A stretch of DNA of 64,000 nt from Arenicellales bacterium (GTDB lineage Bacteria; Pseudomonadota; Gammaproteobacteria; Arenicellales; JAJDZL01), in NCBI GenBank assembly GCA_965203865.1, contig OZ241916.1, positions 1,109,209 to 1,173,208 on the forward strand. Reading direction: 5' to 3'. The first letter of the stretch is position 1. Each line of letters opens with the position of its first letter. This document shows, piece by piece, positions 1-10,198 of this stretch. The notes under the pieces were generated by a model. That model saw nothing but the letters and a program-made list of their open reading frames with translations, had not been told where the DNA came from and did not search any database. The position numbers and the translations under genes were made by a program.

Positions 1-96
1 ATTCAAGAATCAACAATTTTGAATTATTTTTCTGTTCGTTTATGGTAAGCAAAGAGAAAACCGAGGCCAAGGATCATTTGAATTCTTTTTAAGTTT

Positions 97-1242
97 ATGA
101 AATCTGAAACAGTTCAACTCGCATCAGAATTGGTTCGTATTCCTTCTGTCACGCCAAACGATGCAGGTTGCCAGAAGATAATTGGAGAACGCCTTTTGCC
201 CTTAGGATTTTCCATTGAAAATATGGACCATCAGGATGTACAAAATATTTGGGCAAGAAAGGGTTCTGAGCCGCCACTGCTTGTCTTTGTAGGACACACT
301 GATGTTGTGCCTGCGGGCAACGAAGCTGAGTGGACGTACCCGCCGTTTTCTGGTACTGTTGCAAACGGTTATTTGCATGGTCGAGGGGCAGCAGATATGA
401 AAGGCAGTATAGCGGCAATGGTAACTGCTTGTGAGCGCTTATTTTCAACTGCAACTGACCAAACCCTAAATGGCTCCTTGGCGTTTTTGATAACAAGCGA
501 TGAGGAAGCAGTTGCGATTGATGGAACAAAGCACGTGTTAGGTAGGTTAAACGACCGTTCGGAAGTCATTGATGCGTGCCTTGTGGGAGAACCCACTTGC
601 GAACTCAATCTGGGAGATACAATAAAAATAGGAAGACGCGGCTCCTTGGACGGCAATATTACAGTCTTTGGAAAACAGGGCCACGTTGCTTATCCTCATT
701 TAGCGGAAAACCCGATTCACAAGTGCGGCCAGTTAATTTCTGATCTGGTGGCATTGGACTGGGGCGACAGTAGCGAGCATTTCCCGGCAACAACCTTTCA
801 AATTTCAAATATTGAATCAGGTGTTGGAGTAGGCAATGTAATTCCTGGTCAATTGAACATGAAATTTAATTTAAGATTTTCTCCTGCCACATCGGTTGAA
901 GCAATAATTGAGAAAATTGAAGGTGTTTGCAGGGACTTGGGTCTAAAGTTTGATGCTAACTGGGGTGCCGCGTCAAACCCGTACTACACTGAACCTGCCG
1001 AATTCGTTGAAATTGTTTCACGGACGATTGAAGATAAACTTGGGATTACACCCGATCTTTCCACCGCAGGCGGTACTTCTGATGGTCGGTTCGTTGCGGC
1101 AACTGGAGCACCGGTCGTAGAATTCGGACCTTTGAATTCAACAATTCACAAGGTTAACGAACGAGTGCAAACTGAATCGTTGGACAAACTATCTTCAGTT
1201 TACGAAGAAATTATGAGGAACTACTTATGTATAGAGAATTGA
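97..1242 (+). CDS. dapE: Succinyl-diaminopimelate desuccinylase
   Basis: M20 motifs GHTDVVP, GRGAADMKGS, SDEE, GRRGSL, GKQGHVAYPHLAENP, GGTSDGRF, TIHKVNE. Confidence 0.95.
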   Translation: MKSETVQLASELVRIPSVTPNDAGCQKIIGERLLPLGFSIENMDHQDVQNIWARKGSEPPLLVFVGHTDVVPAGNEAEWTYPPFSGTVANGYLHGRGAADMKGSIAAMVTACERLFSTATDQTLNGSLAFLITSDEEAVAIDGTKHVLGRLNDRSEVIDACLVGEPTCELNLGDTIKIGRRGSLDGNITVFGKQGHVAYPHLAENPIHKCGQLISDLVALDWGDSSEHFPATTFQISNIESGVGVGNVIPGQLNMKFNLRFSPATSVEAIIEKIEGVCRDLGLKFDANWGAASNPYYTEPAEFVEIVSRTIEDKLGITPDLSTAGGTSDGRFVAATGAPVVEFGPLNSTIHKVNERVQTESLDKLSSVYEEIMRNYLCIEN

Positions 1243-1252
1243 GTTGACAGCC

Positions 1253-2473
1253 ATGGCTAATTTATCTAGTGTACATAGTCAATTGATTGAAATGGGGCAT
1301 CAATATTACATGCCCAACTATAACCCTCGCGACATTGTATTTGTAGAAGGATTTGGAAGTCGTTTGCACGATATAGATGGAAATGAATTTATTGACCTAA
1401 GTTCGGGTATCGGCGTAAACTGCCTGGGTCATCAGAATCCTGCAATTGTCGCAGCACTAACAAAACAAGCAAAAAAACTGTGGCATACAAGCAATATATA
1501 TTTTTCCGAGCCACCGATACAACTTGCAAGAGAGTTGGTGGAGCATACATTTGCAGAAAAAGTATTTTTTTGTAATTCAGGTGCTGAGGCGAACGAAGCG
1601 GCGATAAAACTGGCGAGAAAATTTGCCAGTGAAAACTATCCGCCAAACAAGCGAACAATCCTTACATTTGAAGGCTCATTTCACGGCAGAACAATTGCTA
1701 CTATTACTGCAACGGCTCAGCCAAAATACCAAAGTGGATTTGAACCACTTCCGGGCGGTTTCCGATATTGTCCGGTCAACAATACCGATAAACTCCTGGA
1801 GTTGTTTGACGAGGAAATTTGTGCTGTATTGATTGAACCAATACAAGGCGAAGGGGGAGTTGTTCCTGTAGAGCAAGAATTCCTGCAGGAAGCTCGAAAA
1901 CTGTGCGATGAATTCGACGCAATTTTAATCTACGATGAAATTCAATCTGGAATGGGTCGAACAGGGAAACTACTGGCATATGAATGGGTAGAGAACGCAG
2001 AGCCTGACGTTGTGACGATTGCAAAAGCTCTTGGTGCTGGTATGCCAATTGGGGCTACTCTTGCAGGCTCCAGACTGGCTGATGTTTTCAGTTTTGGAAG
2101 CCATGGCTCTACCTACGGAGGCAATCCGGTATGCTGTGCAGTGGCGCGTGTTGTACTTGAAAAGGTTACCGAAAAAAGTTTCCAAAGCGAAGTTGTAAAG
2201 AAGGGCAAGTATATGTTTGAACGGCTCAATGGCATAAATAATCAGTATCACATATTTAAGGAGATAAGAGGTCGGGGAATGATGGTTGGTGCGCAATTTT
2301 TGGGCGACCGCAACATTGCAGCCGATGTAACCGAAGCATGTCTTGAAGCTAAGGTGTTGATTTTACAGGCAGGGCCAAATGTTCTTCGATTCTTGCCAGC
2401 CATGACTATTAAAATTGATGAGTTAACCTTGGCTTTCGACAGAGTTGGAAATGTTTTGAAAAAATTTATCTGA
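1253..2473 (+). CDS. argD: Acetylornithine/succinylornithine (class III PLP) aminotransferase
   Basis: FFCNSGAEANEAAIKLAR, SFHGRT, EPIQGEGG, DEIQSGMGRTG, AKALG; ATG at 1253 preferred over TTG at 1244. Confidence 0.88.
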   Translation: MANLSSVHSQLIEMGHQYYMPNYNPRDIVFVEGFGSRLHDIDGNEFIDLSSGIGVNCLGHQNPAIVAALTKQAKKLWHTSNIYFSEPPIQLARELVEHTFAEKVFFCNSGAEANEAAIKLARKFASENYPPNKRTILTFEGSFHGRTIATITATAQPKYQSGFEPLPGGFRYCPVNNTDKLLELFDEEICAVLIEPIQGEGGVVPVEQEFLQEARKLCDEFDAILIYDEIQSGMGRTGKLLAYEWVENAEPDVVTIAKALGAGMPIGATLAGSRLADVFSFGSHGSTYGGNPVCCAVARVVLEKVTEKSFQSEVVKKGKYMFERLNGINNQYHIFKEIRGRGMMVGAQFLGDRNIAADVTEACLEAKVLILQAGPNVLRFLPAMTIKIDELTLAFDRVGNVLKKFI

Positions 2474-2589
2474 AACCCAAATTACACAAGATGTATTAGT
2501 GTTTTTTGATTGTGAGCAGCATGTGAAATTTGAAAAGGCTTGTCTGTAAATTTCCTCTAAGTCAACAGATTTAAATTTGATGCTTACTG

Positions 2590-3693
2590 CTAAGCTTGTG
2601 CGGGTGCATCTAAAGCACGGCAGTCGTCATAATGCCACCCGACAGAAATATTTTCACCGAGTTCAAGGTCTGCATGATGGTGGGAATTAGGAATTTTGAT
2701 AATGAATTCATCGCTTCCACAGAGATTGACACGCGTTCTGACATGGTCCCCCAGATAAATTACTTCTTCAACATTGCCTTTTACAACATTTGAACATTCA
2801 CCTGATTCCGGATTGATTATCACTCTTTCAGGTCGTAGCGAAAGCGTGGTCGGCTTGCCAACTCCAGAAATATTGACCGATTTGGCTGAAACAATCTCCC
2901 CATTTTCTACCTCTACTTCGCATTTATCACCGGATACTTCGTTGATAGTTCCTCGAAGAACATTGTTTTCGCCAATAAATTGGGCCACGAAAGCATTCTG
3001 GGGGCGCTCGTAAAGGTCATCGGGGGGTGCCAACTGTTGGATTACACCATCGTTGAATACCGCAATTCGATTCGACATGGTTAAAGCTTCGCTCTGGTCG
3101 TGTGTTACATAGACAACTGTAACTTCCAGATTTTCGTGAATATGTTTAATTTCATACTGCATTTGTTCGCGAAGTTGTTTGTCAAGTGCTCCCAATGGTT
3201 CGTCCATCAATACGAGTTTGGGTTGAAAGACCAAAGCTCGCGCTACCGCAACTCTTTGTTGCTGTCCCCCTGACAATTGACCGGGGCGTCTTGACCCAAA
3301 GTCTTGCAACTGGACCATTTCCAAAGCATTTTTTACCCGACTCTCTATCTCGGAATTTGGAAGTTTTCTGACTCGCAAAGGAAACTCCAAGTTTTCATTT
3401 ACTGTCATATGCGGGAACAGTGCGTAGTTTTGAAACACCATTCCAATTTCTCGCTTATGAGGAGGTACGTTGTTAATGGGAGTGCCATCAAGGATAATTT
3501 CGCCGTGAGTAGCGGTTTCAAAACCGGCGAGCATCATCAGGCAAGTCGTTTTCCCGGAACCGGAAGGACCTAGTAAAGTTAAAAATTCACCTTGCTCTAC
3601 AAACAGGTTTAAATTTTTGACAACAAGCGTTTCCCCGTCATAACTTTTTTGTACATCTACAAATTGAACATATGCATTGCTGTTTTCATTCAT
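2590..3693 (-). CDS. Polyamine-type ABC transporter ATP-binding subunit (PotA-like)
   Basis: Walker A GPSGSGKT, VFQNYALFPHMTV, LSGGQQQR, DEPLGALD, TOBE-like C-terminus. Confidence 0.88.
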   Translation of the reverse strand: MNENSNAYVQFVDVQKSYDGETLVVKNLNLFVEQGEFLTLLGPSGSGKTTCLMMLAGFETATHGEIILDGTPINNVPPHKREIGMVFQNYALFPHMTVNENLEFPLRVRKLPNSEIESRVKNALEMVQLQDFGSRRPGQLSGGQQQRVAVARALVFQPKLVLMDEPLGALDKQLREQMQYEIKHIHENLEVTVVYVTHDQSEALTMSNRIAVFNDGVIQQLAPPDDLYERPQNAFVAQFIGENNVLRGTINEVSGDKCEVEVENGEIVSAKSVNISGVGKPTTLSLRPERVIINPESGECSNVVKGNVEEVIYLGDHVRTRVNLCGSDEFIIKIPNSHHHADLELGENISVGWHYDDCRALDAPAQA

Positions 3694-3761
3694 TATGATT
3701 CACCTGCTTGAAATTAGTACAGTCTACACTTACTTGTCGGTAATAGGCAAATTTATGTTAG

Positions 3762-4367
3762 TCAAGCGAAAAATTTTGCCTTGATTTCCCAAGCGCCGTC
3801 CCATGTCATTATGACAGCAACATAGAATATAATTGCCACTCCTAAATATCCTATCCACGGACGCTTGTTGATTTGACTCGCAATTGCTGTGGCGGCAATT
3901 AGCATCAATACAACTGAAAGTACAAGTCCGAATATCAATATCAATACATGATTTCGTGCAATGCCTGCAAGCGCAAGGACATTGTCCAACGACATTGAGA
4001 AATCAGCGACAATAATTTGGAATAGTGCACTCTTAAATGACAATTGTTCACTATACTCGCGCATTGAATGAACTTTAGCTTGTGTTTTTTTCGCCCCGCG
4101 AATTTGAACAAACAATCTCCAGCCAACCCAGATTAGAAGCAAGCCGCCTATGAACAACAACCCTGGGACCTTCAATAGCTGAGTGATGGAAACAGCGAAT
4201 ACAATTCTTAGAATCACAGCAACGGCAATTCCAATAGAGATCACTCGCATTCTAATATCTGGTTTTACCGATGCAGCGACAAGGCCAACAGCAATCGCGT
4301 TGTCACCGGCTAATACCAAGTCAACCAATATGACTTGAACTAGTGCACTAAGTGATTCAAAAGACAT
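3762..4367 (-). CDS. TerC/YjbE family integral membrane protein
   Basis: DLVLAGDNA and ADFSMSLDNVLA motifs, multiple TM segments. Confidence 0.88.
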   Translation of the reverse strand: MSFESLSALVQVILVDLVLAGDNAIAVGLVAASVKPDIRMRVISIGIAVAVILRIVFAVSITQLLKVPGLLFIGGLLLIWVGWRLFVQIRGAKKTQAKVHSMREYSEQLSFKSALFQIIVADFSMSLDNVLALAGIARNHVLILIFGLVLSVVLMLIAATAIASQINKRPWIGYLGVAIIFYVAVIMTWDGAWEIKAKFFA

Positions 4368-4567
4368 TCTGGATGGAAGTCAATACTATTTCATCGATTT
4401 CGAATTAACCCAGGTGAACCTGAATTGTTGCATGTGGAGACGTAGTTTGCCTTAAATCTAACCAAGCGAAAAATCCGCTAAGAACGTACTTATATACGAA
4501 CTTGACTTTTTGAGCCTGAGTTTGATTCATCAGTTGGAAGATTTAACCCTGTTGAATTTCAAATAAA

Positions 4568-5641
4568 TTAGAAGTCGACTGTGCTGAGCAATACTGAACC
4601 ACCTTTTATACAGCAGGAGTAGTTTCGCCAGTAATTCCAGACGTAATTTCCATCCTCTGCTATTTTACCTCTCGACCAATTGTCTGCTGCACCGAATGCT
4701 TCACATTTGTTGTCGTTTCTGGGGAGCAGCATTTGCCAATTGTCGCTTTGTTCATTTGAGCCTGGATTCCATTGATGCCAAATTTGCTGCCTGCATCCGT
4801 ATTTGCTTTCCTTGCCATCAATCTGCCCCCAAGAGCCCCCGCTATCTTCACACTCAGGCTTTGACTGTGCCGCAACGTTTCCCCTCCGAATATTTTGTGT
4901 TGCTGAAGTATTTACGGGTTTGAAAATGTGCCCGTTTCCATCATTAAGGACTATGTCTATTGCCCGTTGAGCAGTGACTGCCGCAGCTTTGGCGGGATCG
5001 GATTGCAGTACAAAACCCGAGCGAGGATAAACCGGTCCCCAAGTAGAGTTGGGCCAATTTCCAATTTCCCGAACTCCGGGGGTTAACGCTTCGGGACGGT
5101 AGGAATCGGGCTCTCCGGTTCTCCAAGCTCTTGCATCTATCGCTGAGAGGTAATAAGGGACGAATGGTTTTACTTTGGATTGGCACAGAAATCGATTAAA
5201 TTTCAGGATATTTACCGCCGGACCTCCAATGACATCCGCCTCGTAAAAAAAAGTTGAATCTGTATGCTGCATTCCACTGCCGACCCCTGATAAATTGCCT
5301 CCTGACAAGAAACGATTTACCGATTTTGAAACTGAACCCGTAACTTTTCGGGCTTCACTCCAAGGATTCATAAATGTTTGAGAATACGAAGATACTATTA
5401 GGTCTGGTAGTCGGTGAGAAATTTTTGGTGTTGTAGTTACTCGGCATCCAAATAACGAGCACTTCAACCAAAAGCAAGCTCCTGCTATTTTCCAATTCAG
5501 GCAATTTTGACTCATTGACCGTTCAATGATTTCAACGGAATTGATTGTTCCGGCAAGAGATTGACAGGAAATAATTACAGTACCTATTAACAGGCAGGAT
5601 AATTTAAGCTTCTTGGGCATTGAGAATTTTACTAAGTGCAT
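4568..5641 (-). CDS. ICE TraU-like protein (TIGR03756/PFL_4710 family)
   Basis: Signal peptide, CLNWKIAGACFWLKC, HRLPDLIVSSY, PYYLSAIDARAWR, WGPVYPRSGF, AAAVTAQRA, WNYWRNYSCC. Confidence 0.85.
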   Translation of the reverse strand: MHLVKFSMPKKLKLSCLLIGTVIISCQSLAGTINSVEIIERSMSQNCLNWKIAGACFWLKCSLFGCRVTTTPKISHRLPDLIVSSYSQTFMNPWSEARKVTGSVSKSVNRFLSGGNLSGVGSGMQHTDSTFFYEADVIGGPAVNILKFNRFLCQSKVKPFVPYYLSAIDARAWRTGEPDSYRPEALTPGVREIGNWPNSTWGPVYPRSGFVLQSDPAKAAAVTAQRAIDIVLNDGNGHIFKPVNTSATQNIRRGNVAAQSKPECEDSGGSWGQIDGKESKYGCRQQIWHQWNPGSNEQSDNWQMLLPRNDNKCEAFGAADNWSRGKIAEDGNYVWNYWRNYSCCIKGGSVLLSTVDF

Positions 5642-5669
5642 CCTTGGATTTGGATAGTAAGCTTTGTGA

Positions 5670-8525
5670 TCAGGTTGCGTGGAGTCGACTCATGCGAATA
5701 TCTTCTGCGATTTGGTATGCTGCTTCAAGTTCAGACCAGCCATGTTTTTCCATCAACTTGGCTCGCTGAGCTTTTTCGTTTTTTTCAGTTTGAGACAGTG
5801 CCAAGGCAACCGCCGGCGGCACATTTCGAAACAAAGAAGTAAGATTCGTAGAAATTACTGACCCCTCTGTATAGAATCCCGGAGCCTTTCGTGCGCTGAG
5901 TAATAATTCCTCCTGTTCAGAAGTTAATGATCGGAATCGACTTATCTGGCTGATTTCGTCTTTGTCTACCGATAGGCAGAACCACCATTCGGGTTGATTC
6001 AAAAATTCCTTCGCATCCTCTGGAAGTTGCCTTAAATTTTGAGTTGCAGTCCACAACCAAGCTCCAAAGGTTCGCCAAGTTGCCGAAATACGATTAATGT
6101 AAGGAGAAACTAGCGGGTTTTGAAGCAATATATGTGCTTCATCAATGACGACAATTGTTTGCCGTTCTTGAAACTGCTCTGCCTCGACTTGATTGTTGAT
6201 GGTGGCAAAAAGCCCCGTTAAAGCGACTGCTAAGCGGTCTTCATATCCCTTGCGTGCAAATAGATCCAACTCAACCAATGTGATGTCGGCACTAGGCCAC
6301 AATTTGCCTTCTCTATTAAAAAATTTTCCGTTTAGTCCTGTACAAAACAAATTCATAGCGCTTGCCATTCGGCCAGCATGAATACTCTGGTCCTTGGTAA
6401 ATCGCTTCCCCCCAATTTCTTTCCTCTCTGCAATTTGAAGCAGTGCCGAAACTACATCGCTGGTTAATGTTTGTGAACGATTTTCCAGTTTTGAATTTTT
6501 TGCCGCTTCCAAAATCGCAAATCGAATAATATTCAAGTCGTCTCTGCGTAACTTTTTCTCTTCGTTTCGCTGGCCACCAGTAATCATGAGCCGAGCTTGA
6601 AGTTCCATCTCGCCAAGCGGGTCGCGCACTACATGTGACGATTCTGAATCCGTTTTGTATGTAAAATCGGCAAATTCTGGCATCTCTTGACTTAATAGTA
6701 CCTGGGCATACGCGAACGGCGGAATAGAGATACTGCTTTTACCATCAACAATTACTCGATGAACATTCAATCCGTAGTGTTCGCAATGATCGGCAAATAG
6801 ACCGAATGTCGGCAATGCAGTGATCAAATAAATACGAGGGCGATGTATTGAAATTGCATGAAGCAAGGAGTAAACCAAAAAAGCTGTCTTGCCCGAGCCT
6901 GTAGGTCCGAGAATGAGAGCATGAGCATTTTTGGCTCGGTCGGAAGAATTCAAAGGATCGAATGTCAGAGGCTCAGCACCGCGGTTATAAAGCAGCATTC
7001 CGGGATAGCCGCTTCCCCTGGACCGACCATACGCAGGGGCAAATCTTGAAATATGACTTGCATACCAGAGTCTGGACCGACGAGCAAACAATTGTTGATC
7101 CTGAACCGGATCAAATCCGAATGGCAAGGCTCTTATATAGCTGTCAAGTGATATTGGATCATAGCGCGGCGCTACCAATCGAATATGGTTAGCGGAAAGA
7201 AAGCTTAAAACAGATTCAGTTTTTCTATCCAGATCGGCCAGGTTGTCTCCAAACAGAAATGCTCCGCAAAATACTCTAAAAATAGGGTTTCCTCGTGCTA
7301 ATTCACCTAACGCCACACTGGCAAGTTTTCTGCGTTCAAGTGCGGATGCTTCGTCACCCACTGAGTTTTTACTTACTTTTGAAATCTTCTCCCGAATTTC
7401 ATCTTGTGCGGAATAGACAATTGTCATTGACCAGATTGAATTTTCAGGCATTTGATCCCACAGAGTTCCACTAGAATCTCCAAATCTTCTCTCTGCTGTT
7501 AAATGGCCTATTTCAGGTTCGCCCGTTAATTCATCCATTGACAAGAATCTGCTTGGTTTGCCCCGAAACCACCATATTCCTGGTTTTTTCCATGTCCATG
7601 GAGCTACTCCGTGCAACGCTGCCCGGCCAAGGTCGGCGCGTGCAGATTCAGAAACCAGAGATAGCGAATTATCCAGTTCAGTGTATCTCCAAGGATTTTG
7701 TTCAAGTAGCTCTTGAGTATTTTTGTGGTCAGATTCTGAATCGGGCTGAGGTACGAACCAGTAGGTAAGCCACTCATAAAGCTCGCTTGCTTCACTTGGG
7801 ATGAGTTTTACTTCTGCTTGAGCAAAAGTAGCTACAAGTTGCTCGCACACTTGATCTATATTGTCGTACTCGTTCCCTCGTTTTTGATTAGAAATTCGCC
7901 AAATACACAATCGGACTTGACGATTTCTGCCTCGCCAACAACTATTGATCAAATTTGGATCCTGAAACAGTCCATTTGACTGTGCTATGTCCTTAAAATG
8001 CTGTTCTAGTTGCGCAAGCCAAAATTTAGAGTAGCTAGAGTCCATTGACGATTCGGACATGTAGTCTTTGATTTGTTTGATCAATGCTGGAAAATAGGCC
8101 TTGCTGTCATCCTGAATGAACCATTGAAGAATCCAGGGATTATTCTGATGTAATGGCAACACACTAGAAATGGCATGCATGATTTTTGCGTTTAAAGTAT
8201 TCATGGACTCATCTGTTCGAGCTTCTGTGTTGCTGACTTTTACATTGAACATTCGTCCCACGCTCGAGAAGTCTTGCAAGCAAATTTTCCCGTTTTTCAA
8301 GTCGATTCTTGGGGCAAGCAAGTCAGCGAAAGAACGAGTATGGCTCACAATTTCTTTATATGCCTTGTCAGGGTGAAGCTGTGGTTCAAGGTACTCCTCT
8401 ACAGTTAGTGGATTGCTACCTTTCCCATCCCATTTAGTCAAAGGAAGACTGTCAGGCTCAACCACATTGTTCTCCATTAAGTCGGACTGAAAATTTTGTT
8501 TTGAAAAAATTTTGAGAATGCTCAT
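5670..8525 (-). CDS. Conjugative transfer ATPase, VirB4/TraC-like (TIGR03744/PFL_4706 family)
   Basis: NRGAEPLTFDPL, NAHALILGPTGSGKT (Walker A), RDPLGEMELQARLMITGG, IDEAH, WLWTATQNL; ATG 8525 follows GAGG (ORF track extends to 8612). Confidence 0.9.
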   Translation of the reverse strand: MSILKIFSKQNFQSDLMENNVVEPDSLPLTKWDGKGSNPLTVEEYLEPQLHPDKAYKEIVSHTRSFADLLAPRIDLKNGKICLQDFSSVGRMFNVKVSNTEARTDESMNTLNAKIMHAISSVLPLHQNNPWILQWFIQDDSKAYFPALIKQIKDYMSESSMDSSYSKFWLAQLEQHFKDIAQSNGLFQDPNLINSCWRGRNRQVRLCIWRISNQKRGNEYDNIDQVCEQLVATFAQAEVKLIPSEASELYEWLTYWFVPQPDSESDHKNTQELLEQNPWRYTELDNSLSLVSESARADLGRAALHGVAPWTWKKPGIWWFRGKPSRFLSMDELTGEPEIGHLTAERRFGDSSGTLWDQMPENSIWSMTIVYSAQDEIREKISKVSKNSVGDEASALERRKLASVALGELARGNPIFRVFCGAFLFGDNLADLDRKTESVLSFLSANHIRLVAPRYDPISLDSYIRALPFGFDPVQDQQLFARRSRLWYASHISRFAPAYGRSRGSGYPGMLLYNRGAEPLTFDPLNSSDRAKNAHALILGPTGSGKTAFLVYSLLHAISIHRPRIYLITALPTFGLFADHCEHYGLNVHRVIVDGKSSISIPPFAYAQVLLSQEMPEFADFTYKTDSESSHVVRDPLGEMELQARLMITGGQRNEEKKLRRDDLNIIRFAILEAAKNSKLENRSQTLTSDVVSALLQIAERKEIGGKRFTKDQSIHAGRMASAMNLFCTGLNGKFFNREGKLWPSADITLVELDLFARKGYEDRLAVALTGLFATINNQVEAEQFQERQTIVVIDEAHILLQNPLVSPYINRISATWRTFGAWLWTATQNLRQLPEDAKEFLNQPEWWFCLSVDKDEISQISRFRSLTSEQEELLLSARKAPGFYTEGSVISTNLTSLFRNVPPAVALALSQTEKNEKAQRAKLMEKHGWSELEAAYQIAEDIRMSRLHAT

Positions 8526-8535
8526 TTCATTTGCC

Positions 8536-8919
8536 TCAAATTTCACCTGGCAGAGCGTATTCAACCCGCTCGTACAATTGAAACATTGTTGAATATCCCG
8601 GAATTGGGGCACGTTCTTTGGACAAATGGGGAAATATGTACATTACAATAGTTGGATTCGGTAAACGTGGGAAAACTACTGATAGTTCGTTAAATACCTG
8701 ACGTGTGTATCCACTCAAGCTGGCATCACCATCTGGAAGAGGGCGATTTGCTTGTTGCTGAATGTTCGAAACAGTAATGTGAGAATTATAAATCTGTGAA
8801 ATAGTGGGTCCGGAATCTGGAATCGGAGATGTCCCGGCCCATTGATTTGCACAGGATATCAGGCTTAGCCCAAGGCTAATCAAAGCCGCCCAGCTGAAGA
8901 TTTGCTTGTGAACTGTCAT
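8536..8919 (-). CDS. Conjugative transfer lipoprotein (TIGR03751 family)
   Basis: Lipobox LISC; YTR...FPRLPNPTIVMYIFPHL...PIPGYST...YALPGE. Confidence 0.88.
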   Translation of the reverse strand: MTVHKQIFSWAALISLGLSLISCANQWAGTSPIPDSGPTISQIYNSHITVSNIQQQANRPLPDGDASLSGYTRQVFNELSVVFPRLPNPTIVMYIFPHLSKERAPIPGYSTMFQLYERVEYALPGEI

Positions 8920-10198
8920 CGAACTTCTTGATTTTTCGTGCTGTTGGGTCATTTTCAATTGTTATCGTGGACTCAATGTGTATTGCAACCGCCCGCCCCG
9001 CGGGCAGGTAGATTGCATCGAAAGAATTTTGCTGGCGGCTTTGTAGCCAGCGATTTGTCTCCTGTATCGCTTCTTCTGCTGCTCGCCCAAGGACGAAATT
9101 GTCTATATTTCCAGTAACCGATTGAATCATACTGTCTCCTGATGAACTTTGTTCAGAGGTGGTTTGCGCCTGTGCAAGTGCGGATGCTGTAGCACCTAAA
9201 GTATTAAGAGCGGTTGAGCGAGACAGGGACTGAAAAGCGTTTGACTTGAGTTCTCCAGATATGCAAGGATTGCCGTACTCGTCGGAAATCCAGCCTATTC
9301 CTTGGCTTGCGTTTTCTGAACCTCCTTTATTTTTGATTGTTTGGATTGTGCCATCCTCAAATATAAATGTGGCGGTGTCGATATTACCGGAAATACAGGA
9401 CAGTGCTAAATCACCTCTCGCAGTTCCCGACCATAGCATTCCAGCAAGCTCGGGAATTCTATGGCCGTTTGCCGCAAGGTTTTCAGAGCTTGTGATTATT
9501 TTGAAGCGCCATGGGTCTTCCAGACGACCGTTAACAGGTACGCGGCCAACTAATGCTGTAAGTGCAATTGCATCCAGAAGTGTAGTTGTAGGAGGAATAG
9601 TGTACTGAGGAGTATTCTGTGCAATGCTGTTAGATAAAATTTCTTCGGATGCTTCAGGGAATCCGGTATTGGAATTCGCAAGAAATTCACTATTAGTTTC
9701 AGGGTATGGGTATAGGCTAGTCGGCATTGCTTCCGAGCCTATGGAAGTAAACCAGATGAAGCGGCTGGAGCTTCCCGGTGCTTGGTCATTAGCGCCGTCG
9801 CTATTGTTTGCCAGTTCCAATTGTGAAAGTCGAACTGAATTTTGATTTACGGTGGCGGTTAAATGCTCAACTGAATTTGCTTGTGATAAATTTTCAATTG
9901 AAGATTGCACCTGGTCAATCATTGTCATAAATTCCGCTCGCAAGTTGTCCTGCTCCCTGCGGTTTGCGGCATAATATTCTTCAAGTGTTTGCTCAATATT
10001 GGAAATTTTTGTTGCCACTGCCCGCACTTCTTCTGCAGCACTGTCGCGGTCAGCTTGATTATTCTTATTATTTTGTGAGCTTCCGGGGGGTGAATTGGCA
10101 TACTCCAGTGAATTTGATATGTTATCTGTCGATACAAACCAAATTGCAACGCCCGCCATAATAATGACCAAAGCAAAAAATTGAATGCTGCGTTTCAT
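8876..10198 (-). CDS. ICE VirB10/TrbI-like protein (TIGR03752/PFL_4705 family)
   Basis: N-terminal TM plus coiled coil; YTIPPTTTL, TALVGRVP, ENLAANG, GDLALSCISG, GWISDEYGNPCISG, FDAIYLPAG. Confidence 0.88.
   Translation of the reverse strand: MKRSIQFFALVIIMAGVAIWFVSTDNISNSLEYANSPPGSSQNNKNNQADRDSAAEEVRAVATKISNIEQTLEEYYAANRREQDNLRAEFMTMIDQVQSSIENLSQANSVEHLTATVNQNSVRLSQLELANNSDGANDQAPGSSSRFIWFTSIGSEAMPTSLYPYPETNSEFLANSNTGFPEASEEILSNSIAQNTPQYTIPPTTTLLDAIALTALVGRVPVNGRLEDPWRFKIITSSENLAANGHRIPELAGMLWSGTARGDLALSCISGNIDTATFIFEDGTIQTIKNKGGSENASQGIGWISDEYGNPCISGELKSNAFQSLSRSTALNTLGATASALAQAQTTSEQSSSGDSMIQSVTGNIDNFVLGRAAEEAIQETNRWLQSRQQNSFDAIYLPAGRAVAIHIESTITIENDPTARKIKKFDDSSQANLQLGGFD

Noticed and set aside
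4368-4567. Search for attL/attR direct repeats with 30951-31376, and for a yybP-ykoY riboswitch before terC
   Set aside because: The best match I saw was a 9-mer (ATCAGTTGG), expected by chance; no riboswitch consensus recognised.
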